Shown piece after piece: positions 10,925-20,006 of a stretch of DNA of 64,000 nt. The notes beneath the pieces are model-generated. The model saw nothing but the letters and a program-made list of their open reading frames with translations, searched no databases and was not told the DNA's origin. Origin of the DNA: Bacilli bacterium. GTDB taxonomy: Bacteria; Bacillota_I; Bacilli_A; ML615J-28; CAG-698. The stretch is taken from positions 32,001 through 96,000 of the forward strand of contig JBMNLZ010000003.1 of the NCBI GenBank assembly GCA_050953065.1, given 5' to 3'. Both the position numbers and the translations under genes were made by a program. Every line of letters starts with the position of its first letter. Within the stretch, counting starts at the first letter, position 1.

Positions 10925-11582
10925 TCCACATATAACCTACATTTCTTAAAGTTTTTAAATATATATGGTAATTATATTTTTTTAATATTTTTCTTAAATT
11001 ACTTACATAAACCTCAACAACACTCCAAATCGTATCAGATTCAAATCCCCAAACACGATTAAACAATTGTTCTTTAGTTACAATAATATCCTTATTCTTA
11101 ACCAAATATTCTAAAATATCATAATTTTTCCCATAGATTTCTAATGGTTCATCATTGATAGTTACAGTTTTTTTAGAAACATCAAATTTCATATCTAAAA
11201 AAATTAATTGTAATGTTTCAAATGTGTTACTTGATCTTCTAAGCAAAGCATTAATTCTAGCAATTAACTCATCACGATAAAAAGGCTTTGTCATATAGTC
11301 ATCAGCACCAAGTTTTAAGCCTTCTACTTTGTCAGAAATATTATCTTTAGCCGTTAAAATTAAAACAGGAGCTTTTGTAAATCTTCTAATTTTTTCTAAA
11401 ATTTTAAAACCATCAACTTTTGGAAGCATTAAGTCCAATACTATTACATCATAAATATCTTGTTCAACTTGAGTCATAGCTTCTTCGCCATCCCTAATAG
11501 AGTCAACAGTAGCAAATTTGCTTAACATTTCACTAATTGCTTTGTTTAAATGTTTTTCATCTTCAATTACAAGAATTCTCAT
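10899..11582 (-). CDS. OmpR/PhoB-family response regulator
   Basis: IEDE, LDLMLP, GADDYMTKPF, C-terminal winged helix (TLRNVGY). Confidence 0.95.
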   Translation of the reverse strand: MRILVIEDEKHLNKAISEMLSKFATVDSIRDGEEAMTQVEQDIYDVIVLDLMLPKVDGFKILEKIRRFTKAPVLILTAKDNISDKVEGLKLGADDYMTKPFYRDELIARINALLRRSSNTFETLQLIFLDMKFDVSKKTVTINDEPLEIYGKNYDILEYLVKNKDIIVTKEQLFNRVWGFESDTIWSVVEVYVSNLRKILKKYNYHIYLKTLRNVGYMWSEKEKEQN

Positions 11583-11636
11583 TTTAATCACCCACCAATA
11601 CAATTATAGCATTTTTCTAGTAAAAAAAAAAGAAAA

Positions 11637-11663
11637 AAGCAAACTCTTTTTAAAAGTTTGCTT
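11637..11663 (-). terminator. Terminator of rplM-rpsI
   Basis: aagcaaact/agtttgctt stem with U-tract. Confidence 0.7.
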
Positions 11664-11669
11664 AAATTT

Positions 11670-12068
11670 TTAACGTTTAGAGAATTGAGGTGAACGTCTT
11701 GCACCTTTAAGACCATATTTTTTACGTTCTTTAGCTCTTGGATCACGAGTAATTAATCCAGCTTTTTTTAGAACTGGTCTGAATTCAGGATTAACTTCTA
11801 AAAGTGCTCTAGTAATGCCATGTCTAATAGCACCAGCTTGGCCACTAATTCCACCACCTAATACAGAAACAAGCACATCATAACTTGTTGCAGTATTTGT
11901 TAAATTAAGTGGTTGTAAAACGTCTAATCTAACTGCAGCTGAAGGAATATATTCAGCAAACTCACGATCATTAATCGTAATTTTACCAGCACCTGGAACT
12001 AATCTAACTCTAGCAACTGAAGATTTTCTTCTTCCAGTTCCCATATATTGAACTATCTTTTTTGCCAT
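11670..12068 (-). CDS. rpsI: 30S ribosomal protein S9
   Basis: [12 protein letters not shown]...[19 protein letters not shown]. Confidence 0.99.
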   Translation of the reverse strand: MAKKIVQYMGTGRRKSSVARVRLVPGAGKITINDREFAEYIPSAAVRLDVLQPLNLTNTATSYDVLVSVLGGGISGQAGAIRHGITRALLEVNPEFRPVLKKAGLITRDPRAKERKKYGLKGARRSPQFSKR

Positions 12069-12080
12069 ATTTTCCTCCTT

Positions 12081-12518
12081 CTACCCTTTTAACTCATACA
12101 CTACAGGCTTTTGAGCTTGATGTGGATGTTCAGCACCGCAGTAAACGAAAAGTTTTCTATACATATCAGCACCTAATTTATTTTTAGGTAACATTCCTTT
12201 AATTGAAGCTTCAACAACCTTTTGAGGTTGCAAGTCTAACATTTGCTTCACGTTTCTGTGTCTTAAACTTCCTGAATAACCTGAATGACGATAATATTTT
12301 TTCTCTTCCATTTTATTACCTGTCAAAGCAACTTTTTCAGCATTAATTACTATTACATAATCACCACAATCTACATGAGGCGTAAATGTAGGTTTATGTT
12401 TACCTCTTAAAATTGTAGCAACTTCTGTTGACAAACGACCCAAAATAGCGTTTGTAGCATCTACTACAAACCATTTTCTTTCGATATTTTGTTCGTTAGC
12501 CATAAATGATTTACTCAT
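12081..12518 (-). CDS. rplM: 50S ribosomal protein L13
   Basis: [26 protein letters not shown]. Confidence 0.99.
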   Translation of the reverse strand: MSKSFMANEQNIERKWFVVDATNAILGRLSTEVATILRGKHKPTFTPHVDCGDYVIVINAEKVALTGNKMEEKKYYRHSGYSGSLRHRNVKQMLDLQPQKVVEASIKGMLPKNKLGADMYRKLFVYCGAEHPHQAQKPVVYELKG

Positions 12519-12544
12519 AATTTAATTTTCCTCCTAATTTTAAA

Positions 12545-12600
12545 ATCTACGTCAAACCGTGGCGTTTGACAAGAGGGCATTTTGTGGGTTTAAAATGTAC
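12545..12600 (-). promoter_or_regulatory. Putative L13-leader-like structured 5'UTR
   Basis: GC-richer leader CCCACAAAATGCCC and GTCAAAC/GTTTGAC hairpin between promoter and rplM SD; position matches Firmicutes L13 leaders. Confidence 0.45.
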
Positions 12601-12606
12601 TTCACT

Positions 12607-12635
12607 ATTATACTATTATTAAGTGTTATTGTCAA
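12607..12635 (-). promoter_or_regulatory. Sigma-A promoter of rplM-rpsI
   Basis: Perfect TTGACA-17 bp-TATAAT. Confidence 0.85.
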
Positions 12636-12676
12636 TATTTAAATTTATAATTTTGCTAGAAAACCTATCATAAAAA

Positions 12677-12702
12677 AAGATGCACAAGTTAATGTGCATC
12701 TT
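12677..12702 (-). terminator. Terminator after the amidase lipoprotein gene
   Basis: aagatgcaca/tgtgcatctt stem with U-tract. Confidence 0.75.
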
Positions 12703-12714
12703 CTATTTATTTGT

Positions 12715-15700
12715 TTACCAATTCCATTGCCCAGGAATAATACTGTAAAGAGTTACAGATTTTGAGTAAGCGCCTTTTTCAACTTTAATAGTATAACTTA
12801 CTACAGTTGAATATCTAGGAATACCAATAACTCTACCAGTATTACTTACCAATTCTGGATTATTGCTTGTGAAAGTAATAGTATAATCGCTATAATTTTT
12901 AGCAATATAATATTCAGCCTCAACCAATTCATAGAAATTATTTAACAAATTATTATCTCTCATAGTTTGAGGGCAATTCTTACCACTAAAGAAATTATGA
13001 GGTTTAACTCTACTTGGATCTATATTATTAGTAAGTAATAATTGCGCAATTAATTTAGCAGTTTTTTGCCAAGTTAAATATAAATCTGAACCTTGGTTTA
13101 CCATTGTTTCAATACCAATACTATTTCTATTTCCACCACCATTACCAATATATCCAAAGCTTGAACTATACCAAGTTCTACCTATATAATAATTACCATT
13201 TTCTCCAATTACAGTATGAATTCCAGCCGGAGTTATTTTTGAAGTCGGTAAAATTGCACCACCATTTGTAGGAGCAGCTAAAGTTGATTTTTGGCCATTA
13301 AACTCCCAATATCCATCAGCACTAATTGTAATTGTTGGATTTGGACCTGATGCAGGAATTCCTGTATCTGTTAATTGATATGTTAAACTGCCATCTCCTG
13401 CATGATAAGCTACTTCATCATCTGGAATTTGATGATAAATTCCAGTATCGCCAGCTGAATAATGCCAAGAAGTTCCACCACCACCATTATAAACATAATT
13501 TGCATGCATAAAAGCGTCTGCAGTTGATGCTGAGGATGCTGTATCATGAACAGTAATATATTCAACAGAAGTCATTTTTGTTCCAGGTCTATTATCATTA
13601 GTCAATGGTGCTATTCTTTCAGTAATCGTGTTTGTACCAAACCAATATTTTGAAACACTTCCATAAATGTCTGCGTAATATACAAATTGATAACCTGTAA
13701 CTTTTGCATTCTTATAAAGTACATTACCTTCATTTATACTAATTAAATATTCTAATAAAGCATCTGCTTCTTCATAATTTGGTAATACAACTACTTCAAC
13801 TGTCATTTTTATTTCACCATCAGCACTTGATGCAACCTTAATAGTTGCAGCACCTTCAGCAACGCCAGTCACAAGTCCAGTCGAATTAACTGTTGCAATA
13901 CTTGGATCTTCACTTGACCAAGCAGCATTAGCAGTTGTAGGATATACTGTTGCTTGTAATTGAATAGTTTCACCAACCTTTATAGTTCCATGTCCTACAG
14001 TTCTAATTTCAACTCTATCAACATTAACAACAGTTAGTGTCATAGTGGCTTTAACTTTATTATCCGCCACAGAAGTAATTGTAATTGTAGTAGTTCCTAA
14101 TTTTTTAGTATTGATCTTACCAGTTTGGTCAATTGTAGCTACATTTTCATTGCTACTTTCAAAAATCATTCTTTTATCAAATGCTTCATTTGGAGCAATA
14201 TTAACATTTAGTTGATATTCATCATATCCTTCAAGTTCACTTACAGGATTAGATATTGTTATTTCTGTAGGAAGCACAGCATCGCCCCATTTCGCATATA
14301 AAATTTTATTTCCAGTAGACCCTGCTGGTAATGCTACCATTGGTTCTCCTGTAAAGTCGGCATTATCATACCAACCACCAAATACAAATCCTGGCTTAAT
14401 TGGACTAGTAAGAGAAATTTCTGAACCAGTATTAGTATATTTTAAAACTGGAATTCCATTGAAATATTTAATTACATTAGATGTTTGCCATCTTGTTTTA
14501 TTAAATAACTCACCCATTCTAATTCTAGCAACAAAGTATCCGCCCCAGAAAGTTTGAGCTGGATTAACTTTTGTAATTTCAACATCAAGCACTTCAAAGA
14601 AATTTAACCATTTTGAATTATATTCAACTTGATTAATAAAGAAATTAGAATTATCAGGTAATTTTTGATTAGGTGAGAACATTTTTTGGAATGTTGCTTC
14701 AACATACCATGCACCTTTTGTATAATCTCCTCCTACAGCTTTAAATGCTTGGAAATCACTTGTTAAGCCTAAATAATTATAAAAATCACGTAAGAATTCA
14801 TCTGCAAGTTGTTCAACAGTATCATATTTAATATCTCCACCATTCATTATATAGCTAATTGAATATTCACCAGCTCCCAAACTTGCTGCACTAAATTTAG
14901 CGTATAGATTTACATTTGCTAAAGTAGTAATAGCAGTAACTTTGTTTGTAAATCCTGCTTCAGTATACCAGCCATCAAAAACACAACCTAATTTAGCTGC
15001 CTTTGCTAAAGATAGTGGTAAATCACTTTCAGAAAACTCAGTTAGATTTGAACCATCATTTACACCATCATTTAATGTATATGTAATAGTATAAAGATCT
15101 TCAAATTTAGCATATAGTGTAATTGATGTAGTACTAGGCACTTCTAAAACATCAATTCTTGAACCATTAAAGCTTGCATTATCATACCACCCCGCAAATT
15201 TCTTGCCATCTTTTGTTGCAGGAGCTAAAGCGTATGGAAATTGTGAATAACCTACACTTGTAAGATTAGCAGGATCGTTAGTTCCTTGATTTAATTCATA
15301 ATTCAAAGTATATTTGTTCTCAGTATATTTTGCATATAATACTTTATCGCCAATTGATTTAATATGAGTAACTTTATCACCAGTAAAGCCTTCATTAGTA
15401 TACCAACCATCAAATGTATAACCTTGCTTTACAGCATCTTCTAAATAAATATCTAAATCACTTTCAGAAAATGTTGCAGGATTACAACTTGCATTATCTC
15501 CATTATCTAAATGATACACTACATTATATACGATTTCCCATTTAGCATATAATGTTTTGTTCCCAGTACTTCCCGCTACAATAGAAACAACTTTATCACC
15601 TGTGAAGCTTGCATTAGTATACCAACCCGCAAATGCAAAACCATCTCTTGTTGCAGGTTTTAAAATAATAGTCGCATCAGTTGTTTTATATGATGAAACA

Positions 15701-16068
15701 TTTAAAGCGTTATTTACACCATCATTTAAAACATACTGAATTTGATATGTTGTATCAACAACTACAGGATCATTTTCTTGCCATAAAGCATACAAAGAAA
15801 CATTTGATTTAGTCCCTACTGGGATTAAAGTAATCGGATCTCCTGTAAAAGCTGCATTATCAAACCACCCCTCAAAAGTAAATCCTTCTTTTGTAGGAGC
15901 TGAAATTGTAAGCGGCAAGTCGCTCGCCTTAAAACTAGCTACATTACTAGCATGGTTAACACCATCATCCAAATTGTATCTGATTGTATAAGTAGGTTCT
16001 GTTTTTTTACAACCAACAAGTACAATTCCAAAAACTAATACTGAAAATAAAGTTAAAATTTTTTTCAT
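12715..16068 (-). CDS. Large lipoprotein: 6 InlB B-repeats, 2 Big_2 domains, C-terminal N-acetylmuramoyl-L-alanine amidase (Amidase_2)
   Basis: Start 16068 (SD AAGGAG), lipobox LVG-C; KxGYxFxGWY..LYAKW repeats; YITVHDT, SWHY, YHAGDG, NRNSIGIE, PHNFFSGKNCP. Confidence 0.88.
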   Translation of the reverse strand: MKKILTLFSVLVFGIVLVGCKKTEPTYTIRYNLDDGVNHASNVASFKASDLPLTISAPTKEGFTFEGWFDNAAFTGDPITLIPVGTKSNVSLYALWQENDPVVVDTTYQIQYVLNDGVNNALNVSSYKTTDATIILKPATRDGFAFAGWYTNASFTGDKVVSIVAGSTGNKTLYAKWEIVYNVVYHLDNGDNASCNPATFSESDLDIYLEDAVKQGYTFDGWYTNEGFTGDKVTHIKSIGDKVLYAKYTENKYTLNYELNQGTNDPANLTSVGYSQFPYALAPATKDGKKFAGWYDNASFNGSRIDVLEVPSTTSITLYAKFEDLYTITYTLNDGVNDGSNLTEFSESDLPLSLAKAAKLGCVFDGWYTEAGFTNKVTAITTLANVNLYAKFSAASLGAGEYSISYIMNGGDIKYDTVEQLADEFLRDFYNYLGLTSDFQAFKAVGGDYTKGAWYVEATFQKMFSPNQKLPDNSNFFINQVEYNSKWLNFFEVLDVEITKVNPAQTFWGGYFVARIRMGELFNKTRWQTSNVIKYFNGIPVLKYTNTGSEISLTSPIKPGFVFGGWYDNADFTGEPMVALPAGSTGNKILYAKWGDAVLPTEITISNPVSELEGYDEYQLNVNIAPNEAFDKRMIFESSNENVATIDQTGKINTKKLGTTTITITSVADNKVKATMTLTVVNVDRVEIRTVGHGTIKVGETIQLQATVYPTTANAAWSSEDPSIATVNSTGLVTGVAEGAATIKVASSADGEIKMTVEVVVLPNYEEADALLEYLISINEGNVLYKNAKVTGYQFVYYADIYGSVSKYWFGTNTITERIAPLTNDNRPGTKMTSVEYITVHDTASSASTADAFMHANYVYNGGGGTSWHYSAGDTGIYHQIPDDEVAYHAGDGSLTYQLTDTGIPASGPNPTITISADGYWEFNGQKSTLAAPTNGGAILPTSKITPAGIHTVIGENGNYYIGRTWYSSSFGYIGNGGGNRNSIGIETMVNQGSDLYLTWQKTAKLIAQLLLTNNIDPSRVKPHNFFSGKNCPQTMRDNNLLNNFYELVEAEYYIAKNYSDYTITFTSNNPELVSNTGRVIGIPRYSTVVSYTIKVEKGAYSKSVTLYSIIPGQWNW

Positions 16069-16149
16069 GTTTTTCTCCTTTTTAAAATTTATCCCATCTC
16101 TTCCATTATACCATAAATGCAAAGCATTTTCAATTTTAATGATATTTTT

Positions 16150-17049
16150 TTAAGTAATTGCACGTCTAAAATATAATCCATCAACTCTTTTAACTGATGT
16201 ATAACTAATAAATGCTTTAGGATCTATATTTAAAATTATATTTCGATATTTATCAATTTCATAAGCTAGGATTATTGTATCAAAAACATATCGTTTTTGG
16301 TCATCATATCCACCTAAAGCCTCATAAATCGTAACTCCGTGAACAAAATTAGAAATCAAGGCTTTTCTTAATTCATCTTTCTTTGTAGTAACAACTGATA
16401 TTTTTGTAAAATGATAAATAGTATAAATTCTATCTACTACAATTAAAGAAGTTATTAATCTGATTAAAGTATAAGCAGCTATAGCAATATCTGCCCCTAA
16501 AATTGATCCAGTTAAAATTATAAAAAAATCAACTATAAAAAAGAATTTTGTAAAGGAAGCACCTTTCTTAAAAGTAGCCAGTTGAGAAATTATTTCTAAC
16601 CCCCCACCTGATGCTCCTCCTCTTAAAACAATTCCACTTCCAAGGCCACCTAAAAACCCTCCTAAAAGAGCTAAAGTTAAACGATCATCTTTTAAAGCAA
16701 GAAAAGGTTGAAATCCTTCTTTAACTAAAGCTTCTAAAATTAAGATTAAAATACTTTGATATAAAACTGCTAAAGCTGAAAATATAGCAAATCTTTTGCT
16801 AATACTTTTCCAACCTATTAAAAATAAAGGTATATTAATAATCAAAACAAAATAACTCATACTAAGAGTAATCCCTGCTTTTTCTAAAGCAAAAGAAATA
16901 ATTTGAGCTATCCCAGTCACTCCACTAGTATAAAAACCACCCATTGCAACTATCCAAATTAATGAAGTTGTAAAAATTGTAGTTCCAAGAAGCATCGTTA
17001 TCGTAGTTCTTATATCTCGTTTATTTAAAAACGAAGTTATTCTTTTCAT
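16150..17049 (-). CDS. YitT family membrane protein
   Basis: SGVTGIAQ, INIPLF, GASGGG, HGVT..GGY, IDPKAFI. Confidence 0.85.
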   Translation of the reverse strand: MKRITSFLNKRDIRTTITMLLGTTIFTTSLIWIVAMGGFYTSGVTGIAQIISFALEKAGITLSMSYFVLIINIPLFLIGWKSISKRFAIFSALAVLYQSILILILEALVKEGFQPFLALKDDRLTLALLGGFLGGLGSGIVLRGGASGGGLEIISQLATFKKGASFTKFFFIVDFFIILTGSILGADIAIAAYTLIRLITSLIVVDRIYTIYHFTKISVVTTKKDELRKALISNFVHGVTIYEALGGYDDQKRYVFDTIILAYEIDKYRNIILNIDPKAFISYTSVKRVDGLYFRRAIT

Positions 17050-17052
17050 ATT

Positions 17053-18969
17053 TTAACTTACTTTCCCACTTTCTATTTTTTTAACTTCTAATATTTCTAA
17101 ATTTTTTCCATCGCTAGCTGTTAAAATCATCCCTTCAGAAACAATTCCTTTTATTTTACAAGGTTTTAAATTCTTCACAAATACAACATTTTTATTTAAA
17201 AGTTCATTAGGTTTATAAAATTTAGCAATTCCTGATACTATTTGATATGTTTTTTCATCCGAAGTTAATTTAAAAACCAATAAATTATCTGATTTTTCTA
17301 CATTAGAACATTCGATGATTTTACCTACTCTTAAATCAAGTTTATTAAAATCATCTATTGTAATTTCAGGTTTAGCTTCTTCTTTTTCATTTGAAGCATT
17401 CTTTTCTTCATGATATTTTAATTCTGCTTCTATATCAAGTCTTTTAAATAGCATAATAGATTCTTTAGAAACATTAATATCTTTACTTATACCGTATTTT
17501 AAATTTTCATAAATACGGTTTTCTTCAAAAACATTTAATTGTTCAAAAATTTTATCTGCACAATCTGGAGTTACAGGATGAATCATTAAAGCAGTTAGTC
17601 TTAGCACTTCATATAAATTATATAAAACACTATTTAAATCTTCTTTTTTACTTTCATCTTTTGCTAAAATCCAAGGCTGTGTCTCATCAATATATTTATT
17701 TGCTCTACTTATCATTTCCCAAATTTCATTAATTCCTGCTTGAAAATGGAATGTATCAAATGCTTTTTTATAAGAAATAATAGTCTTATTTACAGTTTCT
17801 TCTAATGATTTATCAAAATCAAAATATTGTTTAGTAGGTTTAGTTAATTTAGAATCAAAATATTTATTAATCATAGCAGTAGTTCTACTTAATAAATTGC
17901 CTAAATCATTTACTAAATAATTATTGAATACTTCAATAAATCTCTCATAAGAAAAAATCGCATCATTTCCTAAAGGCATTTCCTTAATCAAGAAAAATCT
18001 TAAAGCATCTAGTCCATATCTTTCAGTAATATCTAATGGATAAATAACATTTCCTTTTGATTTAGACATTTTTCCTGCTCTCATTAAAACCCAACCATGA
18101 GCTAAAAGCTTAAACTTAATAGGAATTTCTAAAGCCATTAATAGAATTGGCCAATAAACAGCATGAAATCTTAAAATATCTTTACCAACAACATGATAAA
18201 CTTCATCACCTTCTAGCCAAAACTTTTTAAATAAACTATCGTATTTTGTATTATAGCCTAAAGCTGTAATATAATTGCTTAAAGCATCAACCCAAACATA
18301 AATAACATGTCTAGGATTACTTTTAACAGGAATCCCCCATTTAAAAGATGTTCTACTAACGCACAAATCTTCTAAACCTTGTTCTATAAAAGATACAACT
18401 TCGTTTTTTCTTGATTCAGGTTGAATAAAATCAGGATTTTCTTTTATGTAATTTAATAGTTGCTTTTCATATTTTTTTAGTTTTAAAAAATAACTTTCTT
18501 CTTCAACCTTTCTTAAAGGCTTTTCACAGTCTGGACAAAAACCTTCTTTAACAATTTGAGTTTTTGTAAAAAAAGATTCACAAGAGACGCAATAGTCACC
18601 TTCATATTTGCCTAAATAAATATCTCCTTTTTTAAGTAATGCCTCAAACATCTCTTGAACAACCTCAGTATGGCGAAGTTCTGATGTTCTAATAAAATCA
18701 TCGTTTGTAATTTTTAACTTTTCCCATAAAGATTTTGTATAAAGAGCAATTTGATCAACAAAATCTTGAGGAGTTTTATTGTTTTTTAAAGCAGCTTCTT
18801 CAATTTTTTGACCATGTTCATCCATTCCAGTCAAATAAAAAGTATCCATACCTTTAAAACGTTTAAATCTAGCAAAAGCATCACAAACTATCGTTGTATA
18901 TGAATTTCCAATATGTACTATCCCACTTGAATAATATATTGGAGTTGTTATATAACATGTTTTTTTCAT
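17053..18969 (-). CDS. metG: Methionine--tRNA ligase with C-terminal tRNA-binding OB domain
   Basis: YITTPIYY, HIGN, GMDEHGQK, GKDILRFH, KMSKS. Confidence 0.98.
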   Translation of the reverse strand: MKKTCYITTPIYYSSGIVHIGNSYTTIVCDAFARFKRFKGMDTFYLTGMDEHGQKIEEAALKNNKTPQDFVDQIALYTKSLWEKLKITNDDFIRTSELRHTEVVQEMFEALLKKGDIYLGKYEGDYCVSCESFFTKTQIVKEGFCPDCEKPLRKVEEESYFLKLKKYEKQLLNYIKENPDFIQPESRKNEVVSFIEQGLEDLCVSRTSFKWGIPVKSNPRHVIYVWVDALSNYITALGYNTKYDSLFKKFWLEGDEVYHVVGKDILRFHAVYWPILLMALEIPIKFKLLAHGWVLMRAGKMSKSKGNVIYPLDITERYGLDALRFFLIKEMPLGNDAIFSYERFIEVFNNYLVNDLGNLLSRTTAMINKYFDSKLTKPTKQYFDFDKSLEETVNKTIISYKKAFDTFHFQAGINEIWEMISRANKYIDETQPWILAKDESKKEDLNSVLYNLYEVLRLTALMIHPVTPDCADKIFEQLNVFEENRIYENLKYGISKDINVSKESIMLFKRLDIEAELKYHEEKNASNEKEEAKPEITIDDFNKLDLRVGKIIECSNVEKSDNLLVFKLTSDEKTYQIVSGIAKFYKPNELLNKNVVFVKNLKPCKIKGIVSEGMILTASDGKNLEILEVKKIESGKVS

Positions 18970-19010
18970 TTTGTTTCACCTATTCTTACTACATCTTTTT
19001 TAAATATTTT

Positions 19011-19967
19011 TTACCAAAGAATATTAAAATTACGGAATTTCTCATTAACATCAGATCTCTTATCCTGTAAAGCAACTTCAAAAGGAACAATCTCTAATTT
19101 ACTTCCAATCTCACAAATACAACAACCACTCTTGCCAGCTTCTAAAGCTTCAATTGCTTTAACTCCCATAGTTGAAGCTAAAACTCTATCACGGGCAGAT
19201 GGCTTACCACCACGTTGTACATGCCCTAGAATAGTTGCTCTTGAATCAAAAGGTGTTCTTTCATTAACGATTTTTACTAATTCATCAATTGGAATCATAT
19301 TTTCAGCTAATATTAATATCGCATGACGTTTAAACTTCGCAGCCTCACTAATATTAGTAACCATTGCATCTATATCAAGCCCAGTTTCTTTTGTAATAAC
19401 AAACTCAGCTCCAACTGCAATGCCAGTCCACATAGCAATAGCACCACAATTTCTTCCCATAACTTCAATAATACTACACCTTCTGTGGCTATTTGATGTA
19501 TCTCTAAGTTTATCGACAGCCTCAATTACAGTATTTAAAGCAGTATCAAAGCCGATTGCAAAATCAGTTCCGCTAATATCATTATCAATAGTACCAGGGA
19601 TTCCAATACATTTAACTCCTAATTTTCCTAAATCAACCGCTCCCCTAAAAGTTCCATCACCACCAATAACAACTAAAGAATCAATTCCTAATTCTCTTAA
19701 GTTATCATATGATGCTTCTAAAACTTCTTTTTCCGCAAATCTTTTTAATCTAGCTGTTCCTAAAAAAGTTCCACCATGATTTACTTTTTCAGAAACAGAA
19801 CTTCTATGCATTCTTTCAATTCGACCTTCATACAACCCCTTATAACCATCAGCTATCCCATAAACCTCATATCCATAATAAAGTCCAGCTCTAACTACTG
19901 CTCTAATAGCAGCATTCATTCCTGGTGCATCCCCACCTGATGTTAAAACAGCTACTTTTTTTACCAT
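19011..19967 (-). CDS. pfkA: ATP-dependent 6-phosphofructokinase
   Basis: LTSGGDAPGMNAA, GGDG, PGTIDND, EVMGR, LGHVQRGG. Confidence 0.97.
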   Translation of the reverse strand: MVKKVAVLTSGGDAPGMNAAIRAVVRAGLYYGYEVYGIADGYKGLYEGRIERMHRSSVSEKVNHGGTFLGTARLKRFAEKEVLEASYDNLRELGIDSLVVIGGDGTFRGAVDLGKLGVKCIGIPGTIDNDISGTDFAIGFDTALNTVIEAVDKLRDTSNSHRRCSIIEVMGRNCGAIAMWTGIAVGAEFVITKETGLDIDAMVTNISEAAKFKRHAILILAENMIPIDELVKIVNERTPFDSRATILGHVQRGGKPSARDRVLASTMGVKAIEALEAGKSGCCICEIGSKLEIVPFEVALQDKRSDVNEKFRNFNILW

Positions 19968-20006
19968 ACTATACCACACCTCACATTTACAAATTGTATC
20001 ATAACT

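Noticed and set aside
2400-19010. T-box leaders before leuS, cysS and metG
   Set aside because: Intergenic gaps are only about 13-80 nt and no T-box motif is visible
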